Source: Chloroflexia bacterium (GTDB lineage: Bacteria > Chloroflexota > Chloroflexia > QHBQ01). Taken from it: a stretch of DNA of 60,915 bases. The stretch is from positions 1-60,915 of the forward strand of contig JBBRMT010000002.1 in the NCBI GenBank assembly GCA_038230695.1, given 5' to 3'. Made by a program: the position numbers and the translations under genes. Below are positions 21,345-28,928 of the stretch, piece after piece. The stretch's first letter is position 1. Every line of letters starts with the position of its first letter. The notes beneath the pieces are model-generated. The model ran no database searches and was not told the DNA's origin. It saw only the letters and a list, made by a program, of their open reading frames with translations.

Positions 21345-22268
21345 CTAGCCGCGCTGCTGGCGGAAGCCAACGCTCGCGTATAGGGCCAACGCCTTTTCAT
21401 TCTTGCCTTCCACGCCCAACTCGACGATCGGCACGTACTGGCGCAGCCAGTTTACTCCCATAAGCAACAGGGCGCGACCGAGGCCGCGATGACGGTAAGG
21501 GGGCAGCGTACCCAGAGAATGAATATCGCCAACTATCTCACCCTCGACCGGTTCTGAGCCAACCGAGGCAACGCAGATACCAGCAAGGTTATCACCGCTG
21601 AAGGCAAGCAGCACGCCTTCGGGTTTGAACGCAGGACGCTCGTTCCAGCCGCGCACCCGCTCCGCCGTGGTTGGTTCGTAGCCATAGTGTTCGGCAAACG
21701 AGCCATTGATCGCAGCGACGACTAGCAGCTCATCCTGGCCGGGTTGGTAGCTACGCACGCTGAAGCCGGATGGCAGTGGGGGTTGCTCTACTAGTTGGGC
21801 GGCGGGCAGACGCATCCCCCAGAAGTAACGCTCCTGCACAAAGCCACGCCGCACAAGGTAGTCAATCAAAAGGGTGGAATTGAGGTGGGGATTGAGGCGG
21901 AAGGCGGTAGCACCACTAATCCTTGCTCGCCCCATAATCTTGATATAGAGAGTGCGTCCTACACCGTGGATACGATAATCAGGGTGAACGTTCAGTTCGC
22001 CCCAAGCGGTGTGGCCCTCGTCGCGCTTGCTGAAGTCGGCATTGCCAATCACTGCGCCTACGCTGCCGTCAGCGTTACGCAGTTGGGCTACATACCAGGT
22101 GGTGTGTCGCATCTGGGGCTGATGAAACTGGCGGGTCAATTCTGCCACGCTATTGCCATGATAGCGTGGCTCCCGCGCTTCCAGGTTGTTGATGAAGTCG
22201 GCCAGAGCGGGCAAGTCGGTCTCGGTCACAGGCTTGATGACGTAATCAAACTCAGGTGTGGGTGGCAT
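21345..22268 (-). CDS. Tandem-GNAT acetyltransferase (MshD-like architecture)
   Basis: Two GNAT halves. The first has HPDYRIHGVGRTLY. The second has LGTLPPYRHRGLGRALLL...GKNEKALALYASVGF, preceded by FAEHYGYEP, as in mycothiol synthase-type proteins. Confidence 0.7.
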   Translation of the reverse strand: MPPTPEFDYVIKPVTETDLPALADFINNLEAREPRYHGNSVAELTRQFHQPQMRHTTWYVAQLRNADGSVGAVIGNADFSKRDEGHTAWGELNVHPDYRIHGVGRTLYIKIMGRARISGATAFRLNPHLNSTLLIDYLVRRGFVQERYFWGMRLPAAQLVEQPPLPSGFSVRSYQPGQDELLVVAAINGSFAEHYGYEPTTAERVRGWNERPAFKPEGVLLAFSGDNLAGICVASVGSEPVEGEIVGDIHSLGTLPPYRHRGLGRALLLMGVNWLRQYVPIVELGVEGKNEKALALYASVGFRQQRG

Positions 22269-22386
22269 ATATCTCCCTCCTCGTGGGCTAGTTGGCGAAA
22301 CAGCGCCATTCTAGCATAAGAGTGAGGAAACACGCATCCAACAAAGGGCGTAGATAGGTTTGCTAAGGTTGATATAGAGTGAACAG

Positions 22387-22893
22387 TTATCCGAATAGCC
22401 GTCTAAAGAATGTGAGGTAAAGAAAGAATATGACGGTAGGCGCCTGAAACAGCAAGGCGATGATAGCAACTCGCCGAGCAAAGCGAGGACTATCTGACTG
22501 ATTCTGGTAGGCAAGGGCTAGCCAGCTAAAGATAAGCCCAGGTAGGGTGGTAAAAATAGAGCCAAGAGACATGATACCCAGGCCAAATGCGGCCCCCAAC
22601 CTTCCAAGCCCTTCGACGTTTGGGTTTGTAGTCAAGGAGATATAAGCCGGTATAGTTTGATATGCAAGCAGGAGGGAGAGGACACCTGCAATCAGGCCAA
22701 TCATCGCAGATATGTCAGGCAAGTTACTGCGTTGCTCGACAGGCGACTGGGTAGCTGGGTCAAGGCTGCTCTGCGGCGCATCAGTTACGAGTGGTGAAGT
22801 TGGCTGCAGCGCAACATCCTCATCGCCATAACGTTCAACCAGATTAGGTGACGATTGTTCGAGCTTGACCAGTTCTGTCTTTGGTTCGTCCAC
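22387..22893 (-). CDS. Hypothetical membrane protein
   Basis: Acidic/Pro-rich N-terminus followed by 3-4 TM helices, directly downstream of the ExeA-like ATPase. Confidence 0.55.
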   Translation of the reverse strand: MDEPKTELVKLEQSSPNLVERYGDEDVALQPTSPLVTDAPQSSLDPATQSPVEQRSNLPDISAMIGLIAGVLSLLLAYQTIPAYISLTTNPNVEGLGRLGAAFGLGIMSLGSIFTTLPGLIFSWLALAYQNQSDSPRFARRVAIIALLFQAPTVIFFLYLTFFRRLFG

Positions 22894-22903
22894 CCAGTTG
22901 CTC

Positions 22904-23776
22904 CTACGCCTGATTTAGCTCACGGTACTGCTGGGTAAGGTTGTTGACCACATAGTTTACCACTTCGGCATCTATGCGGCGGCGGTCGAGGCGAGGAGCG
23001 ACATCGAAGCAGAGCGAACAGATGTTGACGATACTGCGGGGAACGCCACCAGAGTGACGGGTGATTAGCTCGATAGCCTCATCGGTGAACAGTTCAACAT
23101 TGTTGGCTAGCCCTGCGGTGTGCAGGCGATGATTGATTAGCTCCTTGACTTCGGCAGCAGTTTGCAGCGGCTCCAAGTTCCAGGTGAGGCGCACACGGCT
23201 ACCCAGATTGCGCTTCTTGGCAACCTTCTCCTGCAGTTCAAGCTGGCCGAAAACCACGATCTGCAGGATACGATGGTCATCTAGCGAGTAATTCAAGAAT
23301 ATGCGGAGGCGTTCGAGCGCGTCGTAGGATAGGCACTGGCCCTCGTCAACCAGCAGCAACGGCACCTTGCCTTCGCGGGCAGCCTTCTGCAAGAACAGGA
23401 TGAACTCGTTGGATAGCTCGCTGCGGGTGCTGCCCAGCGGTTTCTGCCCGAAGGCACGTAGCATCTCACGGGTAAACTCGGCATCGGTGGGCTGAGTGGG
23501 GTCGAGTACCTCGGCGACGATCAGGTTACTGAACAGGTCATTACCCATCACCCGACGGCGCAGCACGCTCAAAAGGCTGCTCTTGCCCAGGCCGATGTCG
23601 CCATAGACGATGGTCAGGCCACGCCCCCAGAGGATATGCTGGGTGAGCAGGTTCAGCACTTCCTTATACTGGTGGCCCTGGAAGAAGAAGCGGGCCGAGT
23701 CTTCGGGGTTGAAGGGGTCTTCCTTCAGCGAAGGGTGGAAGTAGGCCATTGCCAGCTTCTGATACTGACTTACCAT
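22904..23776 (-). CDS. ExeA/GspA-like AAA ATPase
   Basis: Walker A GDIGLGKSSLL, Walker B LLLVDEGQCL, FGQLELQEK...RVRLTWNLEPL and GGVPRSIVNIC follow the ExeA pattern throughout. Confidence 0.8.
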   Translation of the reverse strand: MVSQYQKLAMAYFHPSLKEDPFNPEDSARFFFQGHQYKEVLNLLTQHILWGRGLTIVYGDIGLGKSSLLSVLRRRVMGNDLFSNLIVAEVLDPTQPTDAEFTREMLRAFGQKPLGSTRSELSNEFILFLQKAAREGKVPLLLVDEGQCLSYDALERLRIFLNYSLDDHRILQIVVFGQLELQEKVAKKRNLGSRVRLTWNLEPLQTAAEVKELINHRLHTAGLANNVELFTDEAIELITRHSGGVPRSIVNICSLCFDVAPRLDRRRIDAEVVNYVVNNLTQQYRELNQA

Positions 23777-23789
23777 GAGCGTTGCTCCT

Positions 23790-23828
23790 CAGATTGCTGA
23801 TTGCAGATTATGGATTGCAGATTGAAGG
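23790..23828. repeat. Period-7 tandem repeat (GATTGCA-type, 5 units)
   Basis: cagattgctgattgcagattatggattgcagattgaagg, just upstream of the ExeA-like gene start. Confidence 0.85.
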
Positions 23829-24128
23829 CTCGTTGACCGTTGAAATCGGTGCTGCAAGCTGATATAATTGGGTTACGCTTACATTGATGTCAATATTACA
23901 TCAAAACAGCGGTGCTGTCAATAGGGTTGACAGCGATGTTGCTGCTAATAGCAGGCGAGTATGTTAGTACGCTAACATACAATCAGAGTAGCAGCGATTT
24001 GACAACATCGCAGTTTGGGTTATAATATGTTCTACAGCAGCCCGCATGGCGCTGGCGCGGCTTTTGCACCTCAAAATAGGGCTGACGAACCCACCCCAAC
24101 CCCTACGGGCGGTAGGGGAACACAACGG

Positions 24129-24470
24129 ATGAGGACCATGGTAATTGCAAACGGCAAAGTGACAAGCTATACAAGCGGTGAGGCGCTGGCGATGCTGGCC
24201 GACATGGGCTACATCACCACGCCGCGCGTGATCCGCAACATCGAGCAGGAGCTAGGGCTGCCGATCAGCCGTGACCCCCAGCGCCAGCGCGTGTATACGC
24301 CGGAGGATGTGGAGCAACTCGCAGCCATTCTTGCGCTGCAAGAGGCGGGGTTGCGGCTTACTACCATCCACCGCATCCTGATTGAGCGCGACGTAGACGT
24401 GATCAGCTTCCACCGCGACCGGCTGCGGCACGCGCTCAGTATCCTTGAGCAGTTGAAAGTTACAAGTTGA
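24129..24470 (+). CDS. MerR-family HTH protein
   Basis: YTSGEALAMLADMGYITTPRVIRNIEQELGLPISRD..QRVYTPEDVEQLAAILALQEAGLRLTTI. The start is moved to ATG 24129 because the listed N-terminus is translated from a repeat hairpin. The last 5 codons and the stop come from a heptamer repeat. Confidence 0.65.
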   Translation: MRTMVIANGKVTSYTSGEALAMLADMGYITTPRVIRNIEQELGLPISRDPQRQRVYTPEDVEQLAAILALQEAGLRLTTIHRILIERDVDVISFHRDRLRHALSILEQLKVTS

Positions 24471-24485
24471 AAGTTGAAAGCGAAT
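24451..24485. repeat. Period-7 tandem repeat (AGTTGAA/AGTTACA, 5 units)
   Basis: agttgaaagttacaagttgaaagttgaaagcgaat. It supplies the last codons and the TGA of the MerR-like ORF. Confidence 0.85.
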
Positions 24486-24551
24486 GCCAAAATGTGGGCG
24501 GCGGAGCATGGCTAGAGCCAGTTATCTTGCCTGGTAAGCGCATCCGACCAC

Positions 24552-25520
24552 TTGCACTTGGTACATTCAAATTTCAAATCCCCGGAGGGGAAAGTGATTA
24601 ACTGGCTACAGGAGAAGGTGACGCAAACGCGGCCAGCGCCGATGGTGATGGCGGCGGGCGAACCGAAGCAGGCGAAGGCGGCGAACAAAGGGGCAGCGGA
24701 TGCTGCGCCCATCCCTGCGCCCAGGCTAGCGAAGCAGAAGCGGGCCGCCGATGGTGGCACGCGGATTATCGCTATCGCCAACCAGAAGGGCGGCGTGGGC
24801 AAGACCACCACCACCGTCAACCTGGGCGCGGAACTGGCGACCATGGGGCGGCGGGTGCTGATTATTGACCTCGACCCCCAGGCAGCAGCCACCTACTCGC
24901 TGGGCCACGACCCAGAGGGTATCACCAAAACCATCTACAACGCCTTCGTCAAGAAGGACGCGACCATGCGCGAGGTGATCCTGCCAACCAGTGTAGAGAA
25001 CCTTTCGATTGCCCCCGCCAATCTGGATCTGGCTGGTGCGGAACTCGACCTGATTCACAACTATACTCGTGAGCGGGTGCTGAAGGACGCGCTAGCGCCA
25101 ATAGCGGCGGATTATGATTACATCCTGATTGACTGTCCGCCCAGCCTGACCTTGCTGACGGTCAACGCCTTCGTCGCCAGCACCGAGGTGTTGATCCCGC
25201 TACAGACCCATTTGCTCAGTCTGCGCGGAGTAACGCGATTGCTTGAGACGATCAAAGAGATTAGCTCGCTGAATCCAACCCTGAAGGTGACGGGCATCCT
25301 GCCTACCATGTACGATGGGCGCAGCAACTTGAACCGCGAGATTCTGGCGACGATTAGCCAGGTGTATAGTGGACGAGTGTTCAAGAGCGTGATTCGCTAC
25401 GGAGTGGCCGCCGCCGAAGCGCCGGGGCAGGGCGTGCCGGTGCGTCTATATGCGCGGAGCAGCCCGGTGGCAAAGTGCTACGAGGCGTTGGCTAAGGAGA
25501 TTATTGCTGATGAGCGTTAA
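24552..25520 (+). CDS. parA: ParA/Soj partition ATPase
   Basis: IIAIANQKGGVGKTTTTVNLGAELA...VLIIDLDPQ is a deviant Walker A. The start is uncertain: GTG 24594 after GGAGGGG, or ATG 24642. Confidence 0.9.
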   Translation: MHLVHSNFKSPEGKVINWLQEKVTQTRPAPMVMAAGEPKQAKAANKGAADAAPIPAPRLAKQKRAADGGTRIIAIANQKGGVGKTTTTVNLGAELATMGRRVLIIDLDPQAAATYSLGHDPEGITKTIYNAFVKKDATMREVILPTSVENLSIAPANLDLAGAELDLIHNYTRERVLKDALAPIAADYDYILIDCPPSLTLLTVNAFVASTEVLIPLQTHLLSLRGVTRLLETIKEISSLNPTLKVTGILPTMYDGRSNLNREILATISQVYSGRVFKSVIRYGVAAAEAPGQGVPVRLYARSSPVAKCYEALAKEIIADER

Positions 25521-25583
25521 CCTGTATACCCTCCCCAACCCCTCCCGGCGGGAGGGGAAGGATAGTCGAGGAGCTAATCGCCG

Positions 25584-26567
25584 ATGAGCGCTGATCGAAG
25601 CAGTGGCAAGCCACGCAAGAGTCTGGTGCCGCAGAGTACCTGGCAGCGGTTGGCAGAAGCCAGCCCTGACGAGGGTACGCGCCCGCTGACCGGGGCCAAG
25701 CTGATCGAGACCAGCCGCGTAGTTGCCGATCCCAATCAGCCGCGCAAATATTTCGAGGCGGGCGGCATGGCCGAGCTGATCGCCAGCGTGCGCGAGCGAG
25801 GTATCCTACAGCCAATTACCGTGCAGCGGCAGGAAGATGGCAACTTCCGCATCATCACCGGCGAACGACGCTGGCGGGCGGCAAGCGCGTTGGAGATGCC
25901 CTACGTGCCAGCCCTGGTGGTGGAACTGAGCGACAACGAGGCCAGGCTCGATCGGGTAGTGGAGAACCGCCAGCGGCGCGGCTTGCGTGATTATGAGATG
26001 GCGGTGGCGCTACGCGAGATCAAGCGCGACCTGGGCCACGACAATCCGGGCATGAGCAGCAATGAGCTTGACGAATTGACCGGCAAGCAACTGGGCATGA
26101 GCGGGCGCAGCGTGCGTAACTTCCTGGCAATGATGAACGTGCCGCAGGAGATCCGCGACGAACTGGGCGAGGACTTCAGCGAACTGGCGACGCGCGGCAT
26201 ATCGCTACTACGAGACCACCCGGAGAAGCGCGATGCACTGGTGAAGGCGATCAAGAAACACGACCTGAGCGGGCGGCAGACGGTGGAACTGGCGCGGCTG
26301 CTGAACGACAAGCCGGGGATTAGCATGAACGATGCAATTGCCCAGGTGCAGAACGAGCCGTCGCGTCGCGCCGCGTTCGGAGGACGCAAATCATACATCG
26401 AGCTGGCAACCCGCATTAGCCAGGCGAATCGGCTGGTGGAGAATGGCGCGTTGGCGGCGGCCTCCGACCAGGAGCGCGATGACCTGCTGCGCCTCCTGCA
26501 ACCGCTAATCGAATTGCAACAGCAGATTGTGGCGGGCGATACGCGGCTAGGGCGGCGGAAGAAGTGA
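25584..26567 (+). CDS. parB: ParB/Spo0J partition protein
   Basis: PNQPRKYFE..L.ELIASVRERGILQPITV...IITGERRWRAA..L..VPALVVELSDNEA..VENRQR (ParB N-domain boxes), followed by an HTH region. Confidence 0.9.
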   Translation: MSADRSSGKPRKSLVPQSTWQRLAEASPDEGTRPLTGAKLIETSRVVADPNQPRKYFEAGGMAELIASVRERGILQPITVQRQEDGNFRIITGERRWRAASALEMPYVPALVVELSDNEARLDRVVENRQRRGLRDYEMAVALREIKRDLGHDNPGMSSNELDELTGKQLGMSGRSVRNFLAMMNVPQEIRDELGEDFSELATRGISLLRDHPEKRDALVKAIKKHDLSGRQTVELARLLNDKPGISMNDAIAQVQNEPSRRAAFGGRKSYIELATRISQANRLVENGALAAASDQERDDLLRLLQPLIELQQQIVAGDTRLGRRKK

Positions 26568-26609
26568 TTAGCGGTTGGTGATTAGGGATTAGGCATGAAT
26601 GGAGCAACC

Positions 26610-26784
26610 GGGGTCATCATGACCCCACTTGCCAACCAACCAGGGTCATGATGAATACAACGGAAAAGGAAACTGTACTCATAACAAGTATGGTTGGGGT
26701 AGCCGGTCAGGAACGAATGGCAACGGGTGTCATGATGACACTGCTTGGCTAGACAACAACCAGTGTCGTGATGACACTGCTTGG
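26610..26784. repeat. Four copies of a 15-17 bp palindrome G(G/T)GTCAT-S-ATGAC(C/A)C between parB and the next gene
   Basis: ggggtcatcatgacccc (26610-26626), gggtcatgatgaa (half-site degenerate, 26643-26655), gtgtcatgatgacac (26727-26741) and gtgtcgtgatgacac (26763-26777). Copies 3 and 4 share the flank ctgcttgg. Confidence 0.75.
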
Positions 26785-27692
26785 ATGAGAAACTACGAAA
26801 CGGGGTGCGCTACATGGACGGCGATGAGGGCAAGCTAGAGGTAATCACGCCGCTGACCGAGAAGGTTGTTGACTTCTACGGCGATCATATACCGGTGGCT
26901 CAGGCAAATGGCGATGAGCTATACGTGCCGTTGCGCCCGCTGGTAGATGCGATTGGGCTTGATCGGGGTAGCCAGCAGAAGCGCATCCAACGCGACAAAG
27001 TGATGGCGAAGCGGTCACGGCTGGTGGCGATGCGCGGGGCCGATGGCCGAGTGCGCGATCAGCTTTGCCTGCCGCTGGATCTGCTGCCCGGCTGGCTGTT
27101 CGGCATAGATACCAGCCGGGTACGGCCTGAGATTCAGGATAAACTCGACCTCTATCGGGAGCAGGCTTTCCGCGTGCTGTGGGGTGCGTTCAAGGGCGAG
27201 ATTATACCCTATGCCGCTGCCCCAGCGACGAGCGGACTGACAATGGCGCAGCAGACATTGGAGATGATCACCGCGATGCAGCATCTCGCCCAGCAGCAGG
27301 TGGAGATGGAGCGACGCGTGACGAACGTGGAGGGTCGCCAGGAAGTGATGGCGACCTATATGCGCGGCTTCATCGAGGATACCCGCAAACGGCTGCAAGA
27401 TTCGGAGCAGCGGGTGAGCGGGCTGGAACTGCGGCTGGATGCGGGCGCGACTATTAGCGAGGCGCAGGCGGCGGAGATTGCCCTGGCGGTGAAGAACGTG
27501 GGCAACGCGCTGGAGCAACACGGCGGCAGCGGCGGCTACGCCAAAGTTTATTCTGAGATGTACCGTCGCTATCGGGTTAGCTCTTATAAGAACCTTTCGC
27601 GGGCGAAGTACGATGAGGTGCTGGCCTGGTTGAGCCGCTGGTACGATGAGATTAGCGTAGCGAAGCTGGAGTCGAGCGGGGCAATCCAATGA
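26781..27692 (+). CDS. Phage antirepressor N-terminal (P22_AR_N-like) domain protein
   Basis: VVDFYGDHIPVAQANGDELYVPLRPLVDAIGLDRGSQQKRIQRD...LCLPLDLLPGWLFGIDTSRVRPEIQDKLDLYREQAFRVLW matches the P22 Ant N-domain pattern. The start is TTG 26781 or ATG 26814. Confidence 0.7.
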   Translation: MDEKLRNGVRYMDGDEGKLEVITPLTEKVVDFYGDHIPVAQANGDELYVPLRPLVDAIGLDRGSQQKRIQRDKVMAKRSRLVAMRGADGRVRDQLCLPLDLLPGWLFGIDTSRVRPEIQDKLDLYREQAFRVLWGAFKGEIIPYAAAPATSGLTMAQQTLEMITAMQHLAQQQVEMERRVTNVEGRQEVMATYMRGFIEDTRKRLQDSEQRVSGLELRLDAGATISEAQAAEIALAVKNVGNALEQHGGSGGYAKVYSEMYRRYRVSSYKNLSRAKYDEVLAWLSRWYDEISVAKLESSGAIQ

Positions 27693-28549
27693 CGAGGCGG
27701 CACGAACAGCCAGAACCAACCAGCCCCGGCGCGATAGTTGACGTGGGGCGAATGGGCGAACAGCTCGAGCGGGCGGGCGAGACCGCGCTGGCCGCCATCT
27801 GGTATGAGCGGGCGGGGCGACAGGCTCAGGCAGCCTGGCAGGCTGATGCGGCGATTGACTATTACCAGCGGGCGCTGGCTTTGCTGCCGTCGGGTGATGA
27901 CTATGCGGCGCGGCGCATGGATATACAGGAGGGCTTGGCCGAGATGCTGTTCGCCCAGTCGCGGCTGGATGAGGCGATTGCTGCATATCATGAGATGCTG
28001 AAGGCGGCAGAAGTAGCGGGCGATCGCCAGGACCGCGCCCACGCCTTGAACGGACTGGCAATGGCGATGTGCGAGGCGGTCCGGCATCATGCGGCTTTGA
28101 CGCACGCGACCGAGGCGGAGGAGTTGGCGCGAGCAGCAGGGTCGCAACACGAGGTGGCCGCCGCGATGCAGCGTCAGGGCTTGATCCAGCTAGGTAGGGG
28201 CGACAAGCAGGCGGCGCGGCAGTTGGCAGAGCAGGCGTTGTTGTTCAATAGCGCGTTGTCGGCGTGGAATGAGGCAGGCCATTGCTTCAACCTGCTGGCG
28301 CGGGCAGAAGATGACGATGACGGGGCTACGCAGCTTGCCAACAATGCGCTGATCGCCTACCGCAAGGCGGGCAACCGCTGGGGGATTATGATGATGCTAT
28401 GTTACCTGAGTGAAAGGCAGCGGGCAGCAGGGGTGAGCCAACCAGATAGCGATGATGAGGCTTTGCGTATCGCCCACCAGATTGGCAATCTAAAGGTGGT
28501 GCAGATGATTAGTGGAGAGCAGACAATGGGGAATAAAGAGATGACATAG
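27689..28549 (+). CDS. TPR-repeat protein
   Basis: Repeated A..Y/W...A...G helices. ATGA overlap with the previous gene. Confidence 0.7.
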   Translation: MTRRHEQPEPTSPGAIVDVGRMGEQLERAGETALAAIWYERAGRQAQAAWQADAAIDYYQRALALLPSGDDYAARRMDIQEGLAEMLFAQSRLDEAIAAYHEMLKAAEVAGDRQDRAHALNGLAMAMCEAVRHHAALTHATEAEELARAAGSQHEVAAAMQRQGLIQLGRGDKQAARQLAEQALLFNSALSAWNEAGHCFNLLARAEDDDDGATQLANNALIAYRKAGNRWGIMMMLCYLSERQRAAGVSQPDSDDEALRIAHQIGNLKVVQMISGEQTMGNKEMT

Positions 28550-28811
28550 CGACCTGTCGAGGGGTAGAAAAAAGCGAGGAACGGGGGCCATCCATTCCTC
28601 GCCTTACTGACAATTTAGCCTTGAGCAGAAGAACGAACTTCCGGGCTGTGAGAGGGCATGAAAGTTCGAGCTTCGTCCGCTTCCTGAAAGCCATTGCTGG
28701 CTATCGGGCTGGAGTCCTGTTTGCCGCAGGTCTCTCTTATGTCTATATGATACTCTATGTCTGGCGACTTGTCAAGAGGTTTGGCTAATCACTTTCCATA
28801 ACAAAGGCAGT

Positions 28812-28838
28812 GAAAAGTTGAAAGTTGAAAGTAAGAAC
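28812..28838. repeat. Period-7 tandem repeat (AAGTTGA-type)
   Basis: gaaaagttgaaagttgaaagtaagaac. Confidence 0.8.
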
Positions 28839-28871
28839 CAAAAGTGAGCTTGGTTGCAAAGTCGGCGGGCT

Positions 28872-28909
28872 AACTCAAAACTCAAAACTCAGCACTCAAA
28901 ACTTCAAGG
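28872..28909. repeat. Period-7 tandem repeat (AACTCAA-type, 5 units)
   Basis: aactcaaaactcaaaactcagcactcaaaacttcaagg. Confidence 0.85.
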
Positions 28910-28928
28910 GGAAGGGAGGTGATACAGG

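Noticed and set aside
24015-24128. Listed start of the MerR-like ORF at 24015
   Set aside because: The first 38 codons run through a family B hairpin repeat (24088-24119). ATG 24129 gives a normal-length MerR-type N-terminus.
27015-28061. 348-aa minus-strand ORF (plus 27584-28150) antisense to the antirepressor-domain and TPR genes
   Set aside because: The translation is extremely Arg/Pro/Ala/His-rich with no motifs. It lies opposite frames with clear homology-type motifs. It is a typical GC-rich shadow ORF.
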